Shown: positions 11,220 to 21,885 of the stretch, piece by piece
How positions within the stretch are numbered: position 1 is the first letter of the stretch
Layout: every line of letters begins with the position of its first letter
Assembly (NCBI GenBank): GCA_038531945.1
Contig: JBCBBH010000001.1
Coordinates: forward strand, 147,456 to 211,455
DNA: 64,000 bases
Direction: 5' to 3'
Origin: Pseudomonadota bacterium
Lineage (GTDB): Bacteria > Pseudomonadota > Gammaproteobacteria > Steroidobacterales > Woeseiaceae
Program-made: the position numbers and the translations under genes
Notes under the pieces: generated by a model
The model's input: the letters and a program-made list of their open reading frames with translations, nothing else
Database searches by the model: none
Told to the model about the DNA's origin: nothing

Positions 11220-13457
11220 TCATTCGTAGGTAACGTTGCTAACCTCGTAGCCATCATGATTGGCACGAATCGGCGCTGTCCCGGTCATCGCAAGATCGCG
11301 AATTCGCGTTATCGGCTCCCCATTGGTCAAAAACAACGTCAACGGCGCACTGTCAGACCAGGTTGAATCAGACACCTGAAGGTTCTGTACACCGTGAAAT
11401 GCAAGCGATGCGCCTGACTTGTTTCGCTTCCCGAGCCCAACATTCCGGAACGTGGTTCCCGAGATGTTGACTATCGGTCCGAATGTACTTTCGTCTGTCC
11501 CGCCGCGGTACAAATTGGCAACCGCACCTTGAACATCAAGGAATGCGCTGCCCTCTATCCGAATATTCTCAGCGTTGTAGATTCCAAGATCATCGGTTTC
11601 CTTGTCCAGCGCCAGAATCGAACCCGTGATGTTCGTCATCTGCGTGTTTAAAATTTCGATTCGGTCCGCGAAAGTGCTACGAAACACCTTCAGGAAATCG
11701 AAACTGTGGTTTACATCAAGATCCGTAATTTTACTGTTGCGAATCACCAACGAATAATTCTGGTTCATGGAATACCGGTCGGTGCTGATCACGTTATTAC
11801 CTGCAAGATCTGGTGACTCCGCGCCGTCAATCCAAACGTTATCGAGTTCCAGCGATCCGCCATTGCCGATCACGAAGAACGTCGACTTTTCCGAACGGAT
11901 GACCGGCTTCGGACCGTCGGGTGCAACGATTGAAAGTGGGTGAGAGGCAGTGGCGTACTTGGTTAGGAGGTACTCCCCACCACTATCGAGTACCAACACA
12001 TCACCAGGCTGGCTCGCCTGCATCGCATCGAGCAACGTGTTTGTTCCCGGCGCGACCGATACCTCTGAACCACCACGAAACGCGACGTTAGGTTCGCGCT
12101 TCGGATAAAAATCCGCTCCGGTTGCCTCCTTGTCGACCGGCAGTTTCGCTTCGCCAAATCCTATGCGATCGAGTAACTCCTGATCCGGCACTCGGAGTCC
12201 ATCGGCGTTGACTTGTGCAGAATAAGGCACGCTCGAAAAACCTTCTGCAAACGGTGCTTGCGCCTCTTCGTTCAACAGATTGCCCTGAAAACTGATCCCG
12301 GACACGTCGTCGTAGATTGTGAATGGGTTGAGGTTGGTGCGCGACATGATGATGTTGTCGTGCATCGTGGTTCCGCTCGGAGGCGCAGAGCGCTCTTCAT
12401 CCGACCCGGCACACAACTGGATGTGATCGCTGTCGATCACAATGTTGCTATCGAGCACAGAATCGATCACCGGATCGTAGCGATTGATGGGACCATTCGG
12501 AACACCGTTCATGATGACGAGCGCACCACGAAAGCGATGACCGGTCAGCCCGTACAAATAATTTTTTCGTACGGTCTGATTCTCGTTGATGATGCGAATC
12601 CCGCCCGTGTTCGGTTTTCGATTGCCGATGAAATAATTATTTTCGACAGTAGTGTAGTGCCCGTGGCGCATCGTCAGTGTTCCCTGACTCTCGAAAAACA
12701 CATTGTCGCGAATCTCGTTGCCGCAGGATTTACTTGAGATAATTTCGAGCTCACCGCTGGTACGGTCGAAATAGTTTTCACGAACGATCGTGTTTGAAAA
12801 CTCACGCGAGTAATGACTGGTTCCGATGCGCAGCGTTTCACCGCCATTGGACCCCAGAGTCTGCCGCGGTCCGAAGTAATTGCGTTCGATTATGTGCCCG
12901 TTTTCATGACTCGCTTCGGTGTTCATTTTCACAGCGAGCGTGACCCCACGATTTCCCTTATTCACGAGCGTGTTGTGATCGAATCGATTCTCCCTGCCGT
13001 AGATGGCCACCCAGGTATCCGAGGAATGGCGCTCAGGGTTACTGAAACTGTCGATCACGGTATTTGTGACACGCGAGTGATTCGCCAGCTCGCTTTTCGA
13101 AGTACGAAACGAAATGACTTCGCTGGTCGGCGTGTAACCATCTCGAAAGACGAGATCTGAAACCACGATGTACTCACCGGAAATCGACAGATTAGACTCA
13201 CCCGAAATGACCACGCCACCCGGCGTCTGGGCGGTCAAGTGAACCGGCGACTCTGCCGTACCGCGTGCGCGCAACTCGAGCTCAACATCACGCCAGACGC
13301 CGTCTGCCAAAACAATTTTGTCGCCAGGAGCCAGCTGCCGCGTCGCCATTTCGAACTCATCTATCGAACGCACGAGCGTCCCATCGGTGCGCGCCGCACA
13401 GGCAACGAGCGTTGCGGTCAGTGCAGCAACAATAAATCTGAAAAGTCGGGTAGTCAT
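11220..13457 (-). CDS. secreted right-handed beta-helix polysaccharide lyase (PL6-like candidate alginate lyase)
   Basis: Signal peptide. Many parallel beta-helix rungs (NxxIxxN repeats). The size (745 aa) and the alginate context fit a two-domain PL6 lyase. Confidence 0.45.
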   Translation of the reverse strand: MTTRLFRFIVAALTATLVACAARTDGTLVRSIDEFEMATRQLAPGDKIVLADGVWRDVELELRARGTAESPVHLTAQTPGGVVISGESNLSISGEYIVVSDLVFRDGYTPTSEVISFRTSKSELANHSRVTNTVIDSFSNPERHSSDTWVAIYGRENRFDHNTLVNKGNRGVTLAVKMNTEASHENGHIIERNYFGPRQTLGSNGGETLRIGTSHYSREFSNTIVRENYFDRTSGELEIISSKSCGNEIRDNVFFESQGTLTMRHGHYTTVENNYFIGNRKPNTGGIRIINENQTVRKNYLYGLTGHRFRGALVIMNGVPNGPINRYDPVIDSVLDSNIVIDSDHIQLCAGSDEERSAPPSGTTMHDNIIMSRTNLNPFTIYDDVSGISFQGNLLNEEAQAPFAEGFSSVPYSAQVNADGLRVPDQELLDRIGFGEAKLPVDKEATGADFYPKREPNVAFRGGSEVSVAPGTNTLLDAMQASQPGDVLVLDSGGEYLLTKYATASHPLSIVAPDGPKPVIRSEKSTFFVIGNGGSLELDNVWIDGAESPDLAGNNVISTDRYSMNQNYSLVIRNSKITDLDVNHSFDFLKVFRSTFADRIEILNTQMTNITGSILALDKETDDLGIYNAENIRIEGSAFLDVQGAVANLYRGGTDESTFGPIVNISGTTFRNVGLGKRNKSGASLAFHGVQNLQVSDSTWSDSAPLTLFLTNGEPITRIRDLAMTGTAPIRANHDGYEVSNVTYE

Positions 13458-14215
13458 ACGGATTCGCTCTTGGGAAATACAGTCAGATAACGTTGGCGGC
13501 TCGCCGCCGCCTGGACTCTTAGCGCCTCAACGGCTTTCGCCTCGGACGAGTCGATCATCGAGGTCAGCAAACGCGTAAAGTGTTGCTGCATCGCGGTTCG
13601 GGCCGCCGACGAATCGCGGTTTTTTAACGCATCGTAGATTGCCTGATGTTCCCGACCACGCTCACGCGCCATCGCCTCGGAGCAGACGGCGTCATGCGCG
13701 TCATGCACGTTGGCCAGCTCAACACGCATACGCCAGAGCGACTCGATGGTGTATTGCACAGCCACGTTGCCCGATGCGCCAGCGATAGTCAGGTGAAACT
13801 CGCGGTCGGCCATAAGCGATGCGTCATCACCATCCGCATGGGACTGGGACATGACAGTGACCAGTGACGCGAGGCGATCCAGTGTGGTGTCGGAGATGTT
13901 TCGTGCAGCCAGTGCTGCGGCCTCGGACTCGAACAGCAGCCGCGCTTGTGTCAACTCCAACGCACTGACGGTGGGAATGTCCGCATCATGCCTCGACGCC
14001 GGTTCAGTCACATACGCGCCTGACCCGGGCTTCACAAGGATGTACCCCATCGCCTGGAGGGCGATTTCGGCCTCGCGAACGGTCACGCGACTGACGCCCA
14101 TCTCATCGGCAAGCTCACGCTCACCCGGCAGTCGATCTCCGGGCTGGTAAACCCCGTCGAGAATTTTTCGCTGCAGACGGTCAGCTACAGATTGGTAGAG
14201 TCGAAGGTCAGTCAA
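13454..14215 (-). CDS. GntR-family (FadR/FCD subfamily) transcriptional regulator
   Basis: N-terminal wHTH (GDRLPGERELADEMGVSRVTVREA) plus an FCD domain. Confidence 0.85.
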   Translation of the reverse strand: MTDLRLYQSVADRLQRKILDGVYQPGDRLPGERELADEMGVSRVTVREAEIALQAMGYILVKPGSGAYVTEPASRHDADIPTVSALELTQARLLFESEAAALAARNISDTTLDRLASLVTVMSQSHADGDDASLMADREFHLTIAGASGNVAVQYTIESLWRMRVELANVHDAHDAVCSEAMARERGREHQAIYDALKNRDSSAARTAMQQHFTRLLTSMIDSSEAKAVEALRVQAAASRQRYLTVFPKSESV

Positions 14216-14376
14216 ACGCCCGCTCCCACTAAATTGGTAGGACCAATGCTAACACAATTGATCGAGATTCTGATCTGCTCGCGAACCAGCATTTCTCTGC
14301 GGTGTGTTAGAGGAAAAAGCAGGAATTCACTAATTGGCCTGTTCAATTTTCGTCGATTGATCTGTACAGTTAGCGC

Positions 14377-16692
14377 ATGGGGATCATGGGCGAAATGGCG
14401 GCAATTGGAATGCGGATCGCTGCGATTTCACGTCGCTGTATCCTCGGCGGTAAGTCGTGCGTGATCGGCGCCCTATTGCTGATCACGCATGCCGCGCATG
14501 CTGCCTCCGCGAGCCACCCACGCCTTGTCCTGACCGAGGAAGGCGTACAGAACATTCGCGCGTCACTGGGCTCAGTCCCGCTGTTTGATACAACGCTCGC
14601 TCGTGTCCAGGCAGAGGTCGACGCTGCGATCGCCGAAGGCATCGATACGCCAATACCGAGGGACTTGTCGGGTGGCTATACGCATGAACGCCACAAACGA
14701 AACTTTTTGTTGATGCCGAAAGCAGGCGCGCTGTATCAAATCCTCGATGATGAGCGTTACGCGATCTATCTTCGGGATATGTTGATGCAGTACGAAGCGT
14801 TGTATCCGACGCTGCCACTGCATCCGCAGGAACGCTCGTACGCACGCGGCAGACTTTTTTGGCAATGCCTGAACGACGCGAACTGGTTGCTCTACGCCAG
14901 TCAGGGCTACGACGCAATCCATGACTGGCTGTCCGAGGAAGAGCGTCAGCGGTTGGAAACCAATCTGTTTCGCCCTTTCGCCGATTTTCTGTCGGTTGAA
15001 AACCCTCAGTTCTTCAATCGGGTGCACAATCACAGCACTTGGGGCGTGGCCGCTGTTGGAATGATTGGCTTGGTCATGGACGACGACGAACTTGTGGAAC
15101 GCGCACTCTACGGGCTAAGCAGTCAGAATATGGACGCTTCCGCGCGCGACAACGACGGCGGCTTTATCCGCGCGGAAGGACAAGCAGTCGGTTTCCTCGC
15201 CAACCTCAATGAACCTTTCTCGCCGGCCGGTTACTACACCGAGGGGCCGTACTACCAGCGCTACGCGATGTATCCCTTTCTGATGTTTGCGCAGAGCCTG
15301 AACAACGCGAGGCCGGAACTTGGAATACTGGAATACAAAGACGGCGTCTTGTTGAAAGCGATCGACGCAATGCTCCAGCTCACTGACGCCGACGGTGAGT
15401 TTTTCCCGCTGAATGATGCGCAAAAGGGCATGTCCTTTTTGACCGGCTCGGTGGTCACCGCAGTCGATATCGCCTATCACGTCGGTAGTCACGACGCTCG
15501 TTTGCTGGACATCGCCCAACGACAAGGTGTCGTTACGCTCGATGACGCAGGATTCGCCGTCGCGAAGGCAATTGATGACGGAAAAACCCGGCCTTTCGAC
15601 AAGCGCAGTATCAATTTGTCGGATGGTACAAACGGTGATCAAGGCGGTGTTGCTATTCTGCGCACCGATACAGAATCGCTGACGCTCGTGTTCAAGTACA
15701 CCGCGCAGGGACTCAGTCACGGACACTACGACAAGTTGTCGTTTTCGCTATTCGCAGACGGGCACGAAGTCATTCAAGACTACGGTATGGCTCGCTTCGT
15801 CAATGTCGGTCAGAAAGGCGGTGGCAACTACCTCCCGGAAAACACGAGTTGGGCGAAGCAGACCGTCGCTCACAACACGGTCACGCGAAACCAGACGTCG
15901 CACTTCGACGGCAAGTATGAAATCGGCAGTGCGCACCATTCCGAGCTCGCTTTTTTCGATATTTCCAATAGTGCCGTGCAAGTGGTCAGTGCGGTTGAAC
16001 GGAACGCGTACCCCAACACGGTGCTCCGACGCACGATGGCGCTGTTGCAAGGCTCGCGTTTCGACAATCCACTGGTTCTCGATGTGTTTCGCGTAGAGAC
16101 GGACGAGCCCGCTCAGTTCGATCTGCCGTTTTGGTATGTCGGTCAGCCGTTGGGAAGTGGCGACACGGTATCCGTGAGGCCTGTCCAGCCACCAGAAATT
16201 CTCGGATCATCTGCGGGCTATCAACACTTGTACGCGCTGGCGCAAGGAAAACCATCAAGGCCGTTCTCGAGATTTCAGTGGTTATCCGAAGGCCGTTTTT
16301 TCACACTGACAACGGATAACGCGGCAAACGATACCTGGCTGCATACCCAGCTCGGCGCGAACGACCCCGAGTTCAACCTGCGACCCGATCGTGCGGTGAT
16401 GCTTCGACGAGCGGCCGCCGGGGATCACGTGTTTGCATCCGCGATCGAAATGCATGGCGCATACAGCACCGTTTCGGAACTAACGGTTGACCCGCAAGGC
16501 CAGCTCGATTCGGTCGAGGTGATTCATGCCAGCGCGCGCACCACCGTTATCGAACTGAAAGATATTGAAGGGCGATCCAGTCTCTTTATTGTTGCTAACA
16601 CAGACACCGAAGAAGATACGCAATACGAGCTGACGATCAACGATCAAACGTTCCGCTGGAGCGGTCCTTATCACTACATTGAACTAGAATAG
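14377..16692 (+). CDS. heparinase II/III-like (PL17-type) oligoalginate lyase
   Basis: N-terminal alginate-lyase alpha-barrel region (NRVHNHSTWG) followed by a heparinase II/III-like C-terminus (LSHGHYDKLSF). Signal peptide. The true start may lie a few codons downstream. Confidence 0.65.
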   Translation: MGIMGEMAAIGMRIAAISRRCILGGKSCVIGALLLITHAAHAASASHPRLVLTEEGVQNIRASLGSVPLFDTTLARVQAEVDAAIAEGIDTPIPRDLSGGYTHERHKRNFLLMPKAGALYQILDDERYAIYLRDMLMQYEALYPTLPLHPQERSYARGRLFWQCLNDANWLLYASQGYDAIHDWLSEEERQRLETNLFRPFADFLSVENPQFFNRVHNHSTWGVAAVGMIGLVMDDDELVERALYGLSSQNMDASARDNDGGFIRAEGQAVGFLANLNEPFSPAGYYTEGPYYQRYAMYPFLMFAQSLNNARPELGILEYKDGVLLKAIDAMLQLTDADGEFFPLNDAQKGMSFLTGSVVTAVDIAYHVGSHDARLLDIAQRQGVVTLDDAGFAVAKAIDDGKTRPFDKRSINLSDGTNGDQGGVAILRTDTESLTLVFKYTAQGLSHGHYDKLSFSLFADGHEVIQDYGMARFVNVGQKGGGNYLPENTSWAKQTVAHNTVTRNQTSHFDGKYEIGSAHHSELAFFDISNSAVQVVSAVERNAYPNTVLRRTMALLQGSRFDNPLVLDVFRVETDEPAQFDLPFWYVGQPLGSGDTVSVRPVQPPEILGSSAGYQHLYALAQGKPSRPFSRFQWLSEGRFFTLTTDNAANDTWLHTQLGANDPEFNLRPDRAVMLRRAAAGDHVFASAIEMHGAYSTVSELTVDPQGQLDSVEVIHASARTTVIELKDIEGRSSLFIVANTDTEEDTQYELTINDQTFRWSGPYHYIELE

Positions 16693-16710
16693 ATCCACAG
16701 GGGAAAAACT

Positions 16711-17466
16711 ATGAAAACATTGGAAGGAAAAGTCGCGATCGTTACCGGTGGCGCACGTGATATCGGTCGCGCCGTATCAGAGCAACTTGCTGCGGGAGGC
16801 GCGAAAGTTGTTGTCAATTACTTCAGCAACCCGGCGGCGGGTAATGAGACGGTCGCCGCCATCGAGGCCGCCGGTGGGACCGCAATCGCGGTCGCAGGCG
16901 ACATGACAAAGAAGGCGGATGTCGACAATCTTGTCGCCAAGACTCGTGAGGCCTTTGGGGACACCATCGATATCCTCGTTAACGTGGTCGGGGGCCTGGT
17001 CGCACGCAAGGGCCTCGCGGAACTGGACGATGAATTTTTCGATCGACTCATGCGCTTGAATGTCACGAGCACCTTCCTGACCACGCACGCCATCGCGCCC
17101 CACATGGGTGAAGGCAGCGCCATCGTAAACTTCTCATCACAAGCCGGGCGCGACGGTGGCGGACCAGGGGCTGCCGTTTATGCTGCATCGAAGGGCGCGG
17201 TGATGACGTTTACTCGAGCAATGTCGAAAGAGCTCGGACCATCCGGAATCCGAGTCAACTGCGTATGCCCCGGTATGATTGCCACAACCTTCCATGACAC
17301 ATTCACCAAAGATGAAGTCCGGAAGAACGTCGCGAATGCAACGCCATTGCGTCGCGAAGGTCAGGCATCCGAGGTCGCAGACCTGGTCGTGTATCTGGCA
17401 TCACCGAAGTCGAGCTTCATGACCGGGACCAGCGTCGACATCAACGGCGGGTTGTTCTTCTCGTAA
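16711..17466 (+). CDS. SDR-family oxidoreductase (FabG-like; second candidate DEH/uronate reductase)
   Basis: VAIVTGGARDIG Rossmann motif. Catalytic YxxxK region (YAASKGAV). Confidence 0.8.
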   Translation: MKTLEGKVAIVTGGARDIGRAVSEQLAAGGAKVVVNYFSNPAAGNETVAAIEAAGGTAIAVAGDMTKKADVDNLVAKTREAFGDTIDILVNVVGGLVARKGLAELDDEFFDRLMRLNVTSTFLTTHAIAPHMGEGSAIVNFSSQAGRDGGGPGAAVYAASKGAVMTFTRAMSKELGPSGIRVNCVCPGMIATTFHDTFTKDEVRKNVANATPLRREGQASEVADLVVYLASPKSSFMTGTSVDINGGLFFS

Positions 17467-17482
17467 ACGGCAGTCAATCGAT

Positions 17483-18391
17483 ATGGCGCGAATCAGTTTA
17501 TTCGGTGAACCACTTTTGGAGCTGGCGGGTACGCGCGCAGGTGTTGTGCTTGGACCCGCCACACTCGGCGTCGCCGGAGACACGCTCAACACTGCGGTGT
17601 ACCTCGCGCGACTCGGTCACGAAGTAAACTACATCACCGCGTTGGGCACCGACACTTACTCGGATGCCCTGATCGAGCAACTCGAAGCGGAAGGCGTGTC
17701 AACCGGGAACATCGCACAGCATCCCTCTCGCGTTCCCGGACTTTACGCGATCCGAACGGATGAGAACGGCGAGCGCTATTTTACGTACTGGCGCGACCAG
17801 TCCGCCGCACGCGACTTCTTCTCGCTGCCGGATGCAGGCGAGAAATTTGCATCCGCTATGGACGGAGACCTTTTCTATTTCAGCGGTATCTCGCTTGCGA
17901 TTCTTTCGACAGATCATCGTAGTCTGCTGCTCAACATCGCGCGCCAATGCACCTCTCGGGGTGTGCGCGTCGCTTTTGATGGCAACTACCGACCGTACGG
18001 CTGGCAGTCCAGGGAAGCGGCGAGAGACTGCCTGAACGCTGTCGGCGGAATCGCGGACGTAGTGCTGCCCACCAGCGAGGATGACGACAAACTCTTCGGT
18101 GATGCGCCGCCTATTGAGCATGCGCGACGCTGGAAAGCACTCGGTGTCGATACGGTCATCGTCAAGAACGGCCCGGACGGCGCGTGGGTGCTCAGCGGAT
18201 CGAACGACCCGACTCATGTCCCGGTGGACGAGGTCATCCAACCCATCGACACAACTGGCGCGGGCGATAGCTTCAATGCGGCCTGCCTTTCCGGCCTGCT
18301 CGAGGGACAATCGCCAGCCGATGCGGCGGCCCATGGCAACCGGTTAGCCGGACAAGTGATCCAGCATCGAGGTGCCTTGATTCCCAGGTAA
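17483..18391 (+). CDS. kdgK: 2-dehydro-3-deoxygluconokinase (PfkB family)
   Basis: PfkB ribokinase-like motifs (DTTGAGDSFNAA near the C-terminus). Its position in a uronate locus. Confidence 0.8.
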   Translation: MARISLFGEPLLELAGTRAGVVLGPATLGVAGDTLNTAVYLARLGHEVNYITALGTDTYSDALIEQLEAEGVSTGNIAQHPSRVPGLYAIRTDENGERYFTYWRDQSAARDFFSLPDAGEKFASAMDGDLFYFSGISLAILSTDHRSLLLNIARQCTSRGVRVAFDGNYRPYGWQSREAARDCLNAVGGIADVVLPTSEDDDKLFGDAPPIEHARRWKALGVDTVIVKNGPDGAWVLSGSNDPTHVPVDEVIQPIDTTGAGDSFNAACLSGLLEGQSPADAAAHGNRLAGQVIQHRGALIPR

Positions 18392-18495
18392 GACGTCGAC
18401 GCTGAACGACCTAACCAATCTCACGCTCTGGTCTTACCAATTTGCAAACCGTGCTACTATCAATTCGTTATCTGTGAGTTACGAGAACGCACGGC

Positions 18496-19254
18496 ATGCC
18501 GAATGACAAGCGCCTATACAGAAACGTCAAGGCGCGGATAGAAGAACAAATCGCTAACGGCGAGTATTCAGCGGGTTCCAGACTGCCGCCGGAGCGCGAG
18601 TTAGCAGAGCGTTTCGGAGTCAGCAGACCCACCATTCGTGAAGCCATGATTGCGCTGGAAGCACTGGGTCGCGTTGACATCAAGACCGGCTCAGGCGTCT
18701 ACGTGCGCGACATCGCTCAGCCAACCGACAATCTGGATGCTCGAATCAGCGCATTCGAGCTTACCGAAGCGCGCGCACTCATCGAAGGTGAGGCTGCTGC
18801 ACTGGCAGCGACTATGATCACGGACGAGCAACTCAAGCAGCTCGAGGCTGTCATGTTCGATATGGTCGATGAAACCGAAGACGGAGAGTTGCTCTCCGAG
18901 TTCGCGGACCAGAAATTCCACCGACTGATTTCGGAAGCGACCCGCAACACGATGATGATCAGCGTGTTCGATAAGCTCTGGTATATCCGTGATCACTCGC
19001 CCGAGGTGCACGCGGCTTACCAAGCGATCTGCGAGGACGACCCGCAATCTCGAGTGGACGAACATGTTGAGATTCTTGATGCCCTCAAGTGTCGCGACCC
19101 GAAAGCCGCCCGAGAAGCGATGCACAATCATTTCGGGCGAATTCTGAACAAGCTCATCGCCGCCGATGAGCAAGCCCAGTTCGATAGAATTCGGCGCAAG
19201 ACCCAAGAGAGCCGCGAACGCTTTTCACTTGGCCATCTTTCGACAGCACCTTAA
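18496..19254 (+). CDS. GntR-family (FadR/FCD) transcriptional regulator
   Basis: wHTH (SRLPPERELAERFGVSRPTIREA) plus an FCD domain. Confidence 0.85.
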   Translation: MPNDKRLYRNVKARIEEQIANGEYSAGSRLPPERELAERFGVSRPTIREAMIALEALGRVDIKTGSGVYVRDIAQPTDNLDARISAFELTEARALIEGEAAALAATMITDEQLKQLEAVMFDMVDETEDGELLSEFADQKFHRLISEATRNTMMISVFDKLWYIRDHSPEVHAAYQAICEDDPQSRVDEHVEILDALKCRDPKAAREAMHNHFGRILNKLIAADEQAQFDRIRRKTQESRERFSLGHLSTAP

Positions 19255-19277
19255 AGCTGTACTTGTCACCACAGCGC

Positions 19278-20222
19278 CTACTGATTCGACTTCACTTTGC
19301 TGATCGAAAAGTTCGCGAAACGCACGACCTCTTCGTCCGGTCGCAGATTGTCTCTATCGAGTATTGATCGATAAATCCCCCACTTTGGACGAACAAAATG
19401 GCCGGCGGTTGTACCACGCCACAGATCAAGATCCCCCGCATCGATATCGAAAATCACCGCGTCATCGCGTAAGCGTTTGACGATCACTCTCAGGGATCCC
19501 GTATCGGAAAAGGTCGCTCGGCAATAAGCTGTCAGCCATTCACCCTCAATCTCTGACCAATCTGATCGCTGCAGGACTTGACGCTCCGGCGGCGAGCTGT
19601 GACGGACTTCGATGCCATCTTCGCCGCGTCGTTTAGAACCCGAAATTGTCAGGATTGGTTGGCTATCATCACCACCCACCGCTTTCAATTGGAACAAGTG
19701 CGTGAAGCGGCGCGACACCGTCATGCCGTGATCAATCTTGAACTTCCAACGAAAAACTAATGTCTCCCCTTCGAAGCCTTTGACGGCATCTTCAGAACTA
19801 CTGTAAGTCTTGATCTCATTTCGCTGCCGATCCGATTTGTCGCGACGATCGCGATCTATATCGTCGTCACGATGAATAACAAAAACAAAATGCGGGCCAA
19901 CCTCGGGGTCAGAGTCTTCGTAAATATGCGCGGCGCCTGGGTGGTTGATCGAGTACAAGTCGGGCGCCTCGATGGATCGCTTGCCACCGAAGGCTCGAAT
20001 CAAATCGTAGGCATCCTTGCCCTGCCCTGCGCCGTCCGCATCCAAACGCCGTTCGCTCACCACAACGAACGCGGGCGTTTTTGTCGCGGATTCGGATTCT
20101 TCGTGCGTCTCCAAGAAATCGCCGGGAGCGGTCGAACGATTCACAGGGTCAGCGCTGCATGCAACAACAATCAATACTGCTGCAACCCATCCGATCTGCT
20201 TCTGCATAACGCTCACTGACAA
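19278..20222 (-). CDS. secreted protein, possibly a concanavalin-like (PL7-like) lyase
   Basis: Signal peptide. Loose matches to the PL7 R-x-E-L / Q-x-H / K-x-G-x-Y pattern (QRNEIK, THLFQLK, PKWGIY). Weak. Confidence 0.3.
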   Translation of the reverse strand: MSVSVMQKQIGWVAAVLIVVACSADPVNRSTAPGDFLETHEESESATKTPAFVVVSERRLDADGAGQGKDAYDLIRAFGGKRSIEAPDLYSINHPGAAHIYEDSDPEVGPHFVFVIHRDDDIDRDRRDKSDRQRNEIKTYSSSEDAVKGFEGETLVFRWKFKIDHGMTVSRRFTHLFQLKAVGGDDSQPILTISGSKRRGEDGIEVRHSSPPERQVLQRSDWSEIEGEWLTAYCRATFSDTGSLRVIVKRLRDDAVIFDIDAGDLDLWRGTTAGHFVRPKWGIYRSILDRDNLRPDEEVVRFANFSISKVKSNQ

Positions 20223-20302
20223 CTGTCCGCTTCACCAAGAATCATCTCAGCCGACGATACGCAACCAAAAGCCCCCAGCGCCACGGGGTATTGCTTGTGG
20301 TG

Positions 20303-21673
20303 CTAGCCTGTCGCCGCAGAAGGTCGCCGCCGACGTCGACGTCGTTTCTTGGCAGCGGTCGGCTTAGCGTGGGTCGCCTGCGAACGCGACCCTGACTTCG
20401 AAGCTGCGGCGGGTTTGCCGTTGGACTTTCGTCGCCTGCGCGGATTCTTCTTCGCCGAATTCTCGTTATTTGAACTCGGCGCGTTTCGTGACTGTCGGCT
20501 CGGACGACCGCCGCGCTTCGCAGGTGCCGCCTTCACGTTTGGATCGGGCTCGAAACCCTCGACAATCTGCTGCTCGATGTATGAGCCCAGGAGCTTCTCA
20601 ATGTCGCGAAACAGCTTGGTGTCGTCGACACAGACCAACGACGCCGCGTAGCCGTCCTCTCCCGCTCTTGCGGTCCGTCCGATCCGATGCACGTAGTCTT
20701 CGGGAACAGACGGAAGATCGTAATTCACGACGTACGGCAATTTATCGATATCCAGCCCGCGCGCCGCAATATCAGTCGCGACCAATACTCTGATTTCGCC
20801 CGACTTGAATCCTTGCAGTGCTCGCGTACGAGCGCCCTGCGACTTGTTGCCGTGAATCGCGGAGGCGTCGATACCCTCTTCAGTGAGTTGACGTGCGAGT
20901 CGATTCGCACCGTGTTTGGTGCGCGTAAAGACCAGCACCTGCCGCCAGTTACCGGAGCCGATCAGGTATGCCAACATTTCGCGCTTGCGCGCTTTATCAA
21001 CCGGATGCGCCACTTGGGTGACGCGTTCAGCGGTTGTATTGCGCGGTGCGATTTCGATCTCGACCGGCTGATTGAGAATCGTCGATGAGAGATTCAGGAT
21101 GTCCTTCGAAAAGGTTGCTGAGAACAAGAGATTCTGTCGCTGGTTCGGCAGGATCTTCAAGATCTTCCGGATATCGCGAATGAACCCCATGTCCAGCATG
21201 CGGTCCGCTTCGTCAAGAACGAGCATCTCTACATGCGAAAGGTCAATAGTATTCTGACCGACGTGATCCAGTAGTCGCCCTGGCGTCGCGACAACAATAT
21301 CAACACCGCTGCGAAGCTTTGCGATTTGCGGACGAATGCTGACACCGCCAAAAATCTGCATCGACTTTAGTGGCAGGTTCGCGCCGTAGGCTTTGACGCT
21401 CTCACTGACCTGAATTGCCAGCTCTCGCGTAGGCACCAGAATCAAGGCGCGAATCTGTCGCTTTCCTCGACCTGGCTTGCTGTTGAGTTGCTGCAGTAAC
21501 GGCAGAGTAAAACCGGCGGTCTTGCCGGTGCCGGTTTGTGCGCTGGCCAAAATATCTCGACCGTCAAGTACCGCTGGAATCGCAGCTGCCTGGATCGGTG
21601 TCGCCTCGCGGTAGCCTTGTGATTCGACCGCGCGCAACAATTCAGCCGACAGGCTGAGTTCTTCAAATAACAC
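20303..21673 (-). CDS. DEAD-box ATP-dependent RNA helicase (RhlE-like) with a basic C-terminal tail
   Basis: Q-motif, [12 protein letters not shown] (VLDEADRM), SAT and HRIGRTAR motifs. Start re-set to GTG 21673, which is preceded by a GGAGA RBS. The track's 56-aa N-terminal extension is not helicase-like. Confidence 0.85.
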   Translation of the reverse strand: MLFEELSLSAELLRAVESQGYREATPIQAAAIPAVLDGRDILASAQTGTGKTAGFTLPLLQQLNSKPGRGKRQIRALILVPTRELAIQVSESVKAYGANLPLKSMQIFGGVSIRPQIAKLRSGVDIVVATPGRLLDHVGQNTIDLSHVEMLVLDEADRMLDMGFIRDIRKILKILPNQRQNLLFSATFSKDILNLSSTILNQPVEIEIAPRNTTAERVTQVAHPVDKARKREMLAYLIGSGNWRQVLVFTRTKHGANRLARQLTEEGIDASAIHGNKSQGARTRALQGFKSGEIRVLVATDIAARGLDIDKLPYVVNYDLPSVPEDYVHRIGRTARAGEDGYAASLVCVDDTKLFRDIEKLLGSYIEQQIVEGFEPDPNVKAAPAKRGGRPSRQSRNAPSSNNENSAKKNPRRRRKSNGKPAAASKSGSRSQATHAKPTAAKKRRRRRRRPSAATG

Positions 21674-21885
21674 TGGGAGTTTCTCCGAGTCGTCTGAACG
21701 TCGCTGCAAACCATGGGGTCGCTCAGCGCGTTTCGGTCCAGACTTTGGATTGATTATGCGATCTGGCGGACTGCCAGAATCGTCGTGTGTCGACCGAAGG
21801 ACACAAAAGATAAAGAGAGGATACCAGATAAGGCGATGTGGCAAGGGATTGATTGCGTCAACTGTGATCGGCTGCCGCCGGGCTA

